Positions 28,501 to 36,203 of a stretch of DNA of 64,000 nucleotides are shown here, piece after piece. Under the pieces are notes generated by a model. It was not told the origin of the DNA. It searched no databases and worked only from the letters and a program-made list of their open reading frames with translations. The stretch is from Catalinimonas alkaloidigena (lineage in GTDB: Bacteria; Bacteroidota; Bacteroidia; Cytophagales; Flexibacteraceae), in assembly GCF_900100765.1 (NCBI RefSeq), contig NZ_FNFO01000003.1, positions 469,348-533,347 on the forward strand, written 5' to 3'. The stretch's first letter is position 1, and every line of letters starts with the position of its first letter. Position numbers and translations under genes: made by a program.

Positions 28501-30443
28501 GCAGTATCGACCTCCTGTTCCGTCTCTCTCACCTCTACCACTTTCCCGACGGCATCCGCCTTCTGCTGCAATTCTTCCAGCCGCTGCTGGTACGGGGCCA
28601 GTGAGTTTTCCTGCAACAGGAACTGCACCGCGTCGTGCGCCAGCTTGTCCTGCTGCTCGGCGGTTTTTCCTTCTTTCGTGGCGATGGCTTCCCCATCGGC
28701 GTACCGCAGTTCTTTCAGCGCAATCAGCTCACCCCGCACGGTGCGCAGCTCGGCCAGCCACTCCACGTACTGGCGAATGGAGTCCGCCTTTTTCCGGCGC
28801 ACCTTTCCGAACAGTTCTTCCGCTTTCTGGAAGACCCGGTGGGTTTCTTCGGCCGTGCTCTGGCGCAGCCGGGTTACTTTCTCGAACTCTTCGATGGCGG
28901 CTGCCGCCGACTGCTTGATCGCCTGGAGCGGTTCGTTCAACTGGTACGCCTCTTCCCGGCTCAGCCAATGGTAACTGTCCAGGAGGGTCGAGGCTTGCTT
29001 CGCCAGGTCGATGTACAGGTCGGCGTAGCGGTCATCGCGGTTCACCAGCGTGATTAGCTCGCGGCTTTCGGCCATGGCCCGCACCACGTCTTTGTTGCCA
29101 ATCTTGAACAGGTAGTGATCGCTCGTGGTCGACAGCGGCACGTCGGGTCCGACAAACGGCGTTTGCCAGATTTGCACGGCGTGGTGCCGCTTCGGAGCGT
29201 TATCGCCCGCCGTGTCGCGAAAGAGCAACAATTCACCACTTTCGAACAGCGAATAGCCGTGGCAACTCACCGGAATGTCGGCGCGCTGCTCAATCAGGTT
29301 GTAAAAGAGGAGCGTGTAATGGTTGGAATACGGGCTGTAGAATACGTAGAGGAAATCTTCCCCGTTCGGCGAGGCCAGGCGTTTCTCGAACCGCATGTGC
29401 GTGTCGTCGGTATCGAACAGCTTGTATTCGCCGTTTTGCAGGTAGAATCCGTTGGGAAACAGGATTCCCTGGTCGTCGGGCAGAAGGACACAGGCATCGG
29501 CCAGGGCGTCGATCCGTACCGCCTCGCGCAACTTCTCATTGTAGACGATGTAGCGGAAAGCCTTCTCCTGAAAAGGCTTGATTTTCAGGATGATTAAATT
29601 CCCGACCGGAGCGTAGTGAATTTCGGCATCGTCGAGGGTCTGATCGACTTGGTCGACCGGTTCGGCGTAGATCCCCTCGCCCGTATCGGTGTTGTCTTCT
29701 ACCTTGATCGTCAGGTCACCACCAACCGCCTCGACAAACACCCGATCTTCGATGGAAATGTGCGGGTGCATCCCCTTCCGGTGCATGTCGCGCGTGGCCC
29801 GTATCCACCGAAATTCGTGTTGGTTCGGGTAGACAAACTCGTGATCACTCCGGTTGTCCAGGTACTTGACTCCCTTTCCGTCCGGCTGGATGGCCCACTT
29901 GAACGTCTTGATGTCTTCCGGTTTCGGGCTGGTCTGGAACACCATGAACAGTTGCGGTCCGATCACCCCAAACTTCACGAAACGTGTGTCGCGGTAGTAC
30001 TTGTAAAGATTTTTGAAATCCTCCAGAAACCGCGCGTCCTGCACCATCGCCAGCGATTCTGCATGGAACTGGTGATCCTGGTAGCGATAGATGCTGAACA
30101 CATCCTGTAGGTGCGTCTCGGTTTTGAGGCCCAGGTGGACGTTGTAGCCGAACAGGAAACTGTCGCCGATCGGGACCATGTCCTGCGCTACGCAGTTGTG
30201 CTCGGTCGTGACGCGCTCGGTCGCCACCAGTTTGGTCTCCAGGCTCCCGAACACGTCTCTGCGCGCGCCGTTCAGCTGATCAAGGCGCGTCCGCAGGTCG
30301 TCAGCGTGTTGCTTCAAGCGATTGCGCAGGATCTCGTACGTGCCCTGTTCCAGTTGGGTCGGGGCTTCTTCGGTAGTATGTGAAATGGTCTCAGCCATGA
30401 CGTGGTTTCGTTGTGTAGTGGACATCCCCCGGCCTGCGGCCAC
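25518..30443 (-). CDS. Giant (about 1640 aa) multidomain protein: beta-rich N-terminal region, roughly 400-aa coiled coil, AAA+ ATPase domain near the C-terminus
   Basis: Walker A is LLLISPPGYGKTTLMEYIASRLG (about 26.56-26.61 kb), Walker B is LMLYLDDIQHL, and sensor 1 is VAVVMAGNP. A long heptad-like helical region separates the N-terminal region from the ATPase. The first 15 codons lie inside a palindrome, so the true start may be the Met at 30398 (MAETISHTTEE). Confidence 0.75.
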   Translation of the reverse strand: MAAGRGMSTTQRNHVMAETISHTTEEAPTQLEQGTYEILRNRLKQHADDLRTRLDQLNGARRDVFGSLETKLVATERVTTEHNCVAQDMVPIGDSFLFGYNVHLGLKTETHLQDVFSIYRYQDHQFHAESLAMVQDARFLEDFKNLYKYYRDTRFVKFGVIGPQLFMVFQTSPKPEDIKTFKWAIQPDGKGVKYLDNRSDHEFVYPNQHEFRWIRATRDMHRKGMHPHISIEDRVFVEAVGGDLTIKVEDNTDTGEGIYAEPVDQVDQTLDDAEIHYAPVGNLIILKIKPFQEKAFRYIVYNEKLREAVRIDALADACVLLPDDQGILFPNGFYLQNGEYKLFDTDDTHMRFEKRLASPNGEDFLYVFYSPYSNHYTLLFYNLIEQRADIPVSCHGYSLFESGELLLFRDTAGDNAPKRHHAVQIWQTPFVGPDVPLSTTSDHYLFKIGNKDVVRAMAESRELITLVNRDDRYADLYIDLAKQASTLLDSYHWLSREEAYQLNEPLQAIKQSAAAAIEEFEKVTRLRQSTAEETHRVFQKAEELFGKVRRKKADSIRQYVEWLAELRTVRGELIALKELRYADGEAIATKEGKTAEQQDKLAHDAVQFLLQENSLAPYQQRLEELQQKADAVGKVVEVRETEQEVDTAAHELDLLIEVVSNLKIEDATQTTQIIDRISTLYAHLNQLRAALKRKRKELRGQEGRAEFAAQLKLIDQSVTNYLDASQTPERCDEYLTKLLIQLEELEGRFVEFEDFIEKITEKREELYNTFESKKVALIETRNRRAEALRQSAERVLKGIQNRVSSFASIAEINGYFAADLMVDKVRQFAQQLQELGDSVKADDVLSRLKTVREDAARQLKDRQELFVGGADTIRFGEHHFSVNTQPLDLTLVPRDGTLQFHLTGTNFFQPITDPAFLATREAWDQTLVSENARVYRAEYLAWQLFQQTQLSDDTLAEAVQQYVANHPQEGYVKGVHDQDALLLLQALRQLDQHIDLLRYPSSARAMAALYWQGFMAEKEKSVWHHRLKGIGVILQVFPDTHEFDGMIEELQTELRAFAQQHQLFAETWAEEAGAYLLHEIARDESFVTEGAAAQLRRDFAAYLKQVKAEAAYQTSVEALAASPAARFKLIRKWLRAFLDHTGKGEQRGYVDEVAVQLFANPAGEAKVIEASLETALSGLQGTHAVLDNGAYTLQYHDFSQRLRTFERETVPQYQAFVALKKQLTEDFRHELRLDSFRPRVLTSFVRNRLIDKVYLPLIGTNFAKQLGAAGDQKRTDRQGMLLLISPPGYGKTTLMEYIASRLGLVFMKINGPAIGHQVVSLDPGTAPNASAREELEKLNLALEMGDNLMLYLDDIQHLNPEFLQKFISLCDAQRKIEGVYRGRSRTYDLRGRKVAVVMAGNPYTESGDQFQIPDMLANRADIYNLGDIIGDSDEAFELSYLENSLMANPTLQKLAAKSTADLFPLLRIAATGSKEGLEFEANHTPEEINEYVNVLRKLVQVRDVLLRVNQEYIHSAAQADEYRTEPPFKLQGSYRDMNKLAEKVVPVMNDDELKTLLRSHYEQEAQTLTQGAEANLLKWKEMLGWITSEENARWEAIKTQFVKNNRLKGLGGNGVSQVVAQMEVLAEGIQRIGEALGRNGN

Positions 30444-30480
30444 CCCCTTAGAAGGAGGTGGCCGCAGGCCGGGGGATGTC
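30421..30480. repeat. Perfect 24-bp inverted repeat (GACATCCCCCGGCCTGCGGCCACC / GGTGGCCGCAGGCCGGGGGATGTC) with a 12-nt spacer
   Basis: Read directly from the sequence. It generates mirror-image ORF starts (MAAGRGM...) on both strands. It lies 6 bp after the DUF559 stop and overlaps the nominal ATPase start. Confidence 0.85.
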
Positions 30481-30485
30481 CCAGA

Positions 30486-30854
30486 CTACGGTTGATTTCT
30501 CTCTATCCAATCAAGAATGGTGTCAATCACCAGTTTCATATCTCGCTTGGGCTCCCGATCGTCGAAACGTAAGAAGCGCACTCCTAGCCGCTCCAGTTGC
30601 TGCTGACGCTTGGCATCTACTCGCTCTCGTCCCTGATGACTACTTCCGCCAATTTCCAGAGCCAGTTGCAATTCGTGACAATAGAAGTCAACGATAAAAT
30701 GGTCGATAGGCACCTGTCGGTGAAATTCCCAGCCCAACTGCTTTCCTTTGATCTGCTGCCAGAGCAATACTTCTGAAAGCGTGCTGTGTTTCCGCAGAAA
30801 ACGCGCGAGTCGCTTTAAGTAGGGACGGTACGGAATGATCGAATTTCGAACCAT
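30486..30854 (-). CDS. DUF559 endonuclease-domain protein (Vsr-like fold)
   Basis: 122 aa with the hallmark DUF559 motifs (SEVLLWQQIKGKQLGWEFHRQ ... DFYCHELQLALEIGGSSH). Confidence 0.75.
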   Translation of the reverse strand: MVRNSIIPYRPYLKRLARFLRKHSTLSEVLLWQQIKGKQLGWEFHRQVPIDHFIVDFYCHELQLALEIGGSSHQGRERVDAKRQQQLERLGVRFLRFDDREPKRDMKLVIDTILDWIERNQP

Positions 30855-30911
30855 ACAAAAAACCGGCAGGCAGATGACCTACCTGCCGGTGAAGTTTACG
30901 AAGTCAGAATT

Positions 30912-33089
30912 CTAAAGCATCTTGTCCAGGCTCCGGGCCGGCGTATCGGAGAGGCCGTTCGATTTGGCGAGGGAGAGCAACTGTTGCAGCTGACTCCGGG
31001 TGCCGTCGTGGTCGGTCATGCCGATCATCTTGGTCAGTAGGGCTGCGACCGTCAGGTTTTTGATGTCGGCCGACGTGATGCCCATCCGTTTAACGAGGTC
31101 GCGGACATTGTCGACGATGTTATGCCCTTCGTGCCCGTTGCCGTTCAGAAGTGAGTTCTTCACCCCGTTCAGCACCTGGCTGTTGCCCAGCGCCGCGTCG
31201 ATCGATTTACCCGTCGCGATGGCGCTGGTAATCTTGTCGAAGAAGGCACCGTCGCCCCCCACGATGTCGATGTTGGCCGACTTCAGCGCTTCGGCTAGGA
31301 CTTTTGCCTGCGATTCGGCGAGGTTACGCTGCACGTCGATGTGGGCTAGTTGTACCTCTTTGTCCTTCGCCAGTTGCAGCTTGAACTCCTCATGCTCGCG
31401 CCCCACCCCGTCGAGGGCTTTCATGGCTTCGGCTTTGTCGCGGACGCCTTTGGCTTCGGCGGCGAATTTCTCGGCCATCACGCGGGCGGCGGCCAGGCCC
31501 TGCTTCTCTTCGGCCTGCGCTTTGGCTTCGATGACTTCGGCATCAGCCTTCCCTTTCTGCAGAGTGACTTCGGCAGCCACTTTCCCTATTTCCTGATCGG
31601 CTTTTGCCTGAGCACGGGCTTTGGCTTCGATGCCTTTGGCTTCGGCCAGGGCCGTGGCTTCCACGATACCGGCTTCGGCTTCCCCTTGCTTTTCGCGGGC
31701 GGCGGCCTTGGCTTCCATCACCTGGGCTTCGGCCAATCCGACGGCGGCGGCTTTGGAGGCTTCGGCATCGGCCAGGACTTTGATCGCTTCGGCTTTCTTC
31801 CCGGCGGTGGCCTGGTCGGCTTCCGCTTCGATGATCAGCTGCTGCGATTTGAACTCGGCCGCCTGCCGCTCGGCCTCTGCCGATTTGATGTGTTCTACCA
31901 ACGCCTCTTCGGCTCGCATTTCGGCTTCTTTGATGGCGACAGCTTTTTTCCGTTCGGCTTCGGCGAAGGCGCGGGTGTCTTTGATGCGCTCTTCTTCCAG
32001 CACCACCGACTTCTGCACTTCGACGCGCTCGCGAATGGTTTCCTGGATGTTTTTCTGTTCTTCTTCTACCGCTTTCTGCTTCGCGATGGCGGCCAGCGTT
32101 ACGATGCGCTCGCGTTCGGTGCGCTCCAGTTCCTGATCTTTCAGGACGCGCTCCTGCTCGACAGCCTCGGTGCGCTCTTTGTTTTTGCGAGCGACGACTA
32201 CTTGCCGTTCGCGGTTTTCTTCCGCCACCTGGATTTCCTCGTCCGACTGGATGCGGGCGCGCTCTGCTTTCAGGCGCTCTTCCTGCTGTACGCGAGCGGC
32301 TTCGGCCTCTTCGCGCGAACGAATGGTCGCCACTTCCCGCTTCTGTTTTTCTTCTTTCTCGATCTGCTGACGCTCCAGTTCCAGAATCGCTTCTTTCGCC
32401 TCTACGTCCTGCTGTTTGATCGTTTTCTGCTTATCGCGTTCGATCTTGTTGGCCAGCACCTTCTGCACGGCAGTCAGTTCAGTGATCTTTTTGATCCCTT
32501 CTGCATCCAGAATGTTGTGCTCGTTCATGAACTCCAACGGCGTCTGCTCCAGGTAATCGATAGCACAGTCGTCCAGCACGTACCCGTTCAGATCGGTTCC
32601 GATGTGTTGAATGATTCGCTCCCTGAACCCTTCGCGTTCGTTGTAGAGGTCGACAAAATCAAAGTGTTTCCCAACCGTTTTCAGCGCTTCGGAAAACTTG
32701 GCATCGAAGAGATTTTCCAGCGCTTCCGGATCGGAACCGCGTTCGCAACCGATGGATTGGGCTACGTGGAGGACATCTTCTTTGGTCGGATTTACTCGTA
32801 CGAAGAAGGTTACCTGGATGTCGGCCCGCATGTTGTCTTTACAGATCAGGCCATCTTTTCCCTGACGAGAAATCATCACCGTTTTCAGGGAGATGTCCAT
32901 CGTTTCCAGACGGTGCAATACAGGAACTACCAACATCCCTCCAAAAGAGACGTTTGTGCCCCCAACACCCGTGCGTACCAATGCGCGGCCTTGCTCGGCC
33001 TTTTGGTACATTTTGGCGAGGGTAATCAGGATCATCAATAAGACGAATACACTGATACCCACTACCATGATCGTTACGTTTTCTAACAT
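30912..33089 (-). CDS. Flotillin-family SPFH protein (YqiK/FloT-like, long Bacteroidetes form)
   Basis: 725 aa. N-terminal TM, SPFH/band-7 domain, then a very long E/A/K-rich coiled coil. The antisense ORFs 31350-33041 and 31621-32136 are low-complexity artefacts. Confidence 0.85.
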   Translation of the reverse strand: MLENVTIMVVGISVFVLLMILITLAKMYQKAEQGRALVRTGVGGTNVSFGGMLVVPVLHRLETMDISLKTVMISRQGKDGLICKDNMRADIQVTFFVRVNPTKEDVLHVAQSIGCERGSDPEALENLFDAKFSEALKTVGKHFDFVDLYNEREGFRERIIQHIGTDLNGYVLDDCAIDYLEQTPLEFMNEHNILDAEGIKKITELTAVQKVLANKIERDKQKTIKQQDVEAKEAILELERQQIEKEEKQKREVATIRSREEAEAARVQQEERLKAERARIQSDEEIQVAEENRERQVVVARKNKERTEAVEQERVLKDQELERTERERIVTLAAIAKQKAVEEEQKNIQETIRERVEVQKSVVLEEERIKDTRAFAEAERKKAVAIKEAEMRAEEALVEHIKSAEAERQAAEFKSQQLIIEAEADQATAGKKAEAIKVLADAEASKAAAVGLAEAQVMEAKAAAREKQGEAEAGIVEATALAEAKGIEAKARAQAKADQEIGKVAAEVTLQKGKADAEVIEAKAQAEEKQGLAAARVMAEKFAAEAKGVRDKAEAMKALDGVGREHEEFKLQLAKDKEVQLAHIDVQRNLAESQAKVLAEALKSANIDIVGGDGAFFDKITSAIATGKSIDAALGNSQVLNGVKNSLLNGNGHEGHNIVDNVRDLVKRMGITSADIKNLTVAALLTKMIGMTDHDGTRSQLQQLLSLAKSNGLSDTPARSLDKML

Positions 33090-33094
33090 GAGCT

Positions 33095-33730
33095 TCAGAG
33101 TTTATAAGGATCAATGAGATAATACTTTTTATCGGGCTGATACTCAATGACCAGCGCCGTTTCTCCCTTAGGCACTACTTTACCTTCGGGCGTACGAACA
33201 AAGAGTTTGATAGGAGAGCTTTTTCCTTCTACCACGGCTTGGCCACCGTGCTGATGATCGATGGTTCCCAACGTGCGGCAGATTTTCCCGATGACGGTGG
33301 TATCTTCTTCCTCGTCCATGTGCTCGAACACCTTGACAAAAGGCCAGGTAAGAAACTTGGCAATGAACAGGCTAGCGATCAGCACAGGCAGCAGAAAGAT
33401 CAGCGAAACGGCAAACGACGTGTTGCTTACGTAATGGTTCGCCAGAACCGAACCAGCCCATAAGGGAAGCGCCAGGAAGGTGAGAAACACCATCAACGGC
33501 ACTTTCCCCAGGTTGAAGAAGGCCAGAACATGGTTCAGCCACATCAGCGAACTGCCGCCGTCTACATCTACATCGGCGTCGGCATCCACGTCCACATCGA
33601 CGTCAATGTCGATCGAATCCAGGTCCACCATTCCAATCAGCGTGACCAGCCAGTATCCTATGACAAACAGGAGCAGAAAGGTCGGGATGATGTTGACCGA
33701 CGAAAAGGAGGCGTCAACTAATTCTTTCAT
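33095..33730 (-). CDS. NfeD/YqiJ-like inner-membrane protein (flotillin partner) with an acidic D-x repeat linker
   Basis: Real start is the ATG at 33730 (MKELVDASFSS...). Multi-TM N-terminal half, a DSIDIDVDVDVDADADVDVD linker, and an OB-fold-like C-terminus (GGQAVVEGKSSPIKLFVRTPEG). It abuts the flotillin gene with a 5-bp gap. Confidence 0.65.
   Translation of the reverse strand: MKELVDASFSSVNIIPTFLLLFVIGYWLVTLIGMVDLDSIDIDVDVDVDADADVDVDGGSSLMWLNHVLAFFNLGKVPLMVFLTFLALPLWAGSVLANHYVSNTSFAVSLIFLLPVLIASLFIAKFLTWPFVKVFEHMDEEEDTTVIGKICRTLGTIDHQHGGQAVVEGKSSPIKLFVRTPEGKVVPKGETALVIEYQPDKKYYLIDPYKL
33561..33628. repeat. Short tandem GTCGAC/ATC-type hexamer-like repeats encoding (D-V/I/A)n
   Basis: A direct-repeat tract inside the NfeD-like CDS. 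Confidence 0.55.
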
Positions 33731-33859
33731 GGCGATCGATCCGTGTAGGTGTGAGATAATGATCGGCCGCTGCGATGGTACCACACAACGGCCGTCGAAA
33801 ATAGCGCAGAAGGCGGCACGAAGCCCAGTGCCTGGCACCTGAACTCCGTACCTTTTTCT

Positions 33860-34588
33860 TTATTCTTTCGCGTCAGCAGCATTGGACGGCCCCAGGCCCA
33901 TCTTTGCTTTCAGTGCAGCCAAGTCGGCCGAGGCTTGCACGTCGGTGGCGTCAAGCGCCCGGTCGATCTCTTCGTCGAGGCTGCGGCTTTCGTTGGCAAT
34001 CTGCCCGTACGATTCGGCCAGCGCCTCCGATTGCGCCACTTTCTCTTTCATCCGCTCCAGCATGGAAGCGGTGTCGGACGAGTCGATCTGGGCCAGTTGC
34101 TTGTTCAGTCGCTGCGAAGCGGCGCTCACGTTGACGCGGGCTTTCAAACTTTTTAGTTCGTTTTCCCACTTGCTGATGTCGGCCTTCAGGCGTTTGATGT
34201 TGCCTTCCATCTGCTCGACGTGGCGGTCGAACTGCTCTTTTTCAGTCGTGGTACGTTTTACGTGCGCTTCGTTCTGAGCTTTTTTGGCCAGCGCTTCGGT
34301 GGCAAGGCGGTCGGCTTCTGCCGAATCCATGTGGCCCTGTTGTGCACGTTGCAGCAACTGCATGGCTTTCTGCTCGTACTCTTCGGCCTTGGTCTGATAG
34401 TCTTTCATATCATTCTGCGCCCGAATGGCCATGGCTTTGATTTCGGCTAGCCCGTGCAGGCTTTTGTCCAACTCGGCCTTCATATCACGGATGCCTTGCT
34501 CGGTCATCTTGATAGGATTTTCCAGCCGGTCGATGGCCGCATTGGTTTCGGCTTCTCCTATTTTGAAGAGGCGCTTGAAGATGCTCAT
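33860..34588 (-). CDS. pspA: PspA/IM30-family protein (phage-shock protein A)
   Basis: Real start is the ATG at 34588. The N-terminus MSIFKRLFKIGEAETNAAIDRLENP matches the PspA consensus (MGIFSRF..IVNANINALLDKAEDP). About 242 aa, all coiled coil. Confidence 0.8.
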   Translation of the reverse strand: MSIFKRLFKIGEAETNAAIDRLENPIKMTEQGIRDMKAELDKSLHGLAEIKAMAIRAQNDMKDYQTKAEEYEQKAMQLLQRAQQGHMDSAEADRLATEALAKKAQNEAHVKRTTTEKEQFDRHVEQMEGNIKRLKADISKWENELKSLKARVNVSAASQRLNKQLAQIDSSDTASMLERMKEKVAQSEALAESYGQIANESRSLDEEIDRALDATDVQASADLAALKAKMGLGPSNAADAKE

Positions 34589-34777
34589 GGTCGTAGAGTT
34601 ATGAGGTGGAAAGATGGATTTTGTGCGTTTGATGAATTGAATATACAATCAGATCTTCCACAATTTCCAGCGTGTAAGAAATAAGCGGCGTTAGACTTAG
34701 ATGAAAGGAAGCCGGCATGGACAAGCGGCGAACCTAAACTATTAAACACAATAGCATTACTATCAATCAGGCAGCAT

Positions 34778-34806
34778 AAAAAAGGCAGCCTGCCGACTGC
34801 CTCTCT
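34778..34806 (-). terminator. Weak intrinsic terminator after the DUF4136 gene
   Basis: On the minus strand: GGCAG-ucggcagg-CUGCC followed by U6. Confidence 0.3.
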
Positions 34807-34831
34807 CTAACTCTATGCTTGCTGAGATTCC

Positions 34832-35392
34832 TTAGTTGTAAGCAACTCGTTGGGGCTGGCCTACTTTCTCGTACTTTTTGAAAATGTCGGTCACCGCCTC
34901 GTTGATGGTTCCTTCGGGGTCTTGCTGCAACGTGGCCGCATCGGTAGCGGCCCACCCCTGCCAGACCAGTTGTTTGTCTGTGGCATTGATCAGATCAACG
35001 ATGATCATGGCTTCGTCGTAATCCTGCGCGTACGCATTTTGGTACGTAGGCCAGTACCAATAGCCGTAGTTGTTCATGTAGCGCGTGTCGGTCTTCTGGT
35101 TGACCGCGATCTGGTAATTCACCAGCAAGTCCGGGTCAGACGACACCATCTCGTATCCCAGGTTGTTCATCTCCCGCTCAATGGCCTGCCGAATCCGCTT
35201 CAAATTCAGCGAATTGTCGATGGTCGGATTGTCCGACGTCTGCTTCATGCCGGCCGAGTCGACCCAGGCGTACGTGCTGAACGAGTCGAACTGTGCCTCC
35301 TTGTCGTAGTCGGAATGAACCGTCAGTTGAGGACTGCAACTAAACAGAAGGAGTAGGGCAAACGCCCCGATATAATAGGTATAGCGTTTCAT
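34832..35392 (-). CDS. DUF4136-family lipoprotein
   Basis: 186 aa with a lipobox (LLFSCSP) and DUF4136-like composition (YAWVDS...). Confidence 0.55.
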   Translation of the reverse strand: MKRYTYYIGAFALLLLFSCSPQLTVHSDYDKEAQFDSFSTYAWVDSAGMKQTSDNPTIDNSLNLKRIRQAIEREMNNLGYEMVSSDPDLLVNYQIAVNQKTDTRYMNNYGYWYWPTYQNAYAQDYDEAMIIVDLINATDKQLVWQGWAATDAATLQQDPEGTINEAVTDIFKKYEKVGQPQRVAYN

Positions 35393-35488
35393 GGTTATGA
35401 GGATCTGTAAAAAATGACACCCGTGTGGTGTACTGCCTTATCCTAAAAACGCATGAGCGCCAGGGGAAGGTTACGAAAAACCTGATTG

Positions 35489-36142
35489 TCAGTTGCTTCC
35501 GATGCTGCTGACCACCGTACGTTTTTCAAACTCGATGGACCAGATGCCTGCCAGATCGCCCTGCGATGCTTGAAAAGCCACCGAGTCGGCTTGAGGAAAG
35601 CGTTTGCGTAAGGCCTGCGTTGTCGGCTCGCTTCGCTCCTGCCCGTGGCATTTCAAACAAAACGCTTCATCGAACATCAGAGGTTTGGTGTAGAGCAATG
35701 CCTGGTCGTTTCGGGTTTTCTGGATGTTCTCATCCAGCTTCACCCCCTCGGCCGCGCCATACACGTAGGCTTCGAGCAGTTCAAGCGCCTGAGGCGTCAC
35801 GAGCGAATCGGGGCGTGGTGCCAGCGGATGGGGCGAAAGTCGTATGATCCGGGCTTCGGCCTGTTGGTAGACCGGCAAGTCGTCAATGCGGCAATACGCC
35901 AGCGCTTCCTCGGGCGGCAGACTATCCAAAGCGTGTTTCAACCGCTGCCGCCATTGGGCTTCCAGTTGGGCTTGTGTCTGCTTGCCTAATTGGCGTGCCT
36001 TCTCGGTAATTTGCCCCGGAGTGGCGCGTATAATCTCACGCGCGTTCATTTCTTCTTTTACCTGCGAGGTATCGAGTCGGTCACCGTGGCACCCCATCAT
36101 CAGGAGAAGGCACAGCCCGTAAACCAGAGTCGATTGCTTCAT
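35489..36142 (-). CDS. DUF3365-domain lipoprotein carrying a CXXCH c-type-haem motif
   Basis: Real start is the ATG at 36142 (MKQSTLVYGLCLLLMMGCHGD lipobox). The haem motif is FCLKCHG, which is CXXCH. Confidence 0.55.
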   Translation of the reverse strand: MKQSTLVYGLCLLLMMGCHGDRLDTSQVKEEMNAREIIRATPGQITEKARQLGKQTQAQLEAQWRQRLKHALDSLPPEEALAYCRIDDLPVYQQAEARIIRLSPHPLAPRPDSLVTPQALELLEAYVYGAAEGVKLDENIQKTRNDQALLYTKPLMFDEAFCLKCHGQERSEPTTQALRKRFPQADSVAFQASQGDLAGIWSIEFEKRTVVSSIGSN

Positions 36143-36203
36143 GCCTGCAAAAATAAAACCCCGTGAGGACATCACGGGGTTTTCAAAGGATTTGCGCTGC
36201 TTC

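Noticed and set aside
31350-33041. 563-aa plus-strand ORF (GFGF/LLF-rich) and ORF 31621-32136
   Set aside because: They are antisense to the flotillin coiled-coil region. The repetitive GAA/GCC codons on the sense strand create open antisense frames.
33730-34648. N-terminal extensions of the listed ORFs for the NfeD-like gene (to 33838) and PspA (to 34648)
   Set aside because: Internal Met residues give canonical family N-termini (MKELVD.. and MSIFKRLF..). The extensions are non-conserved-looking.
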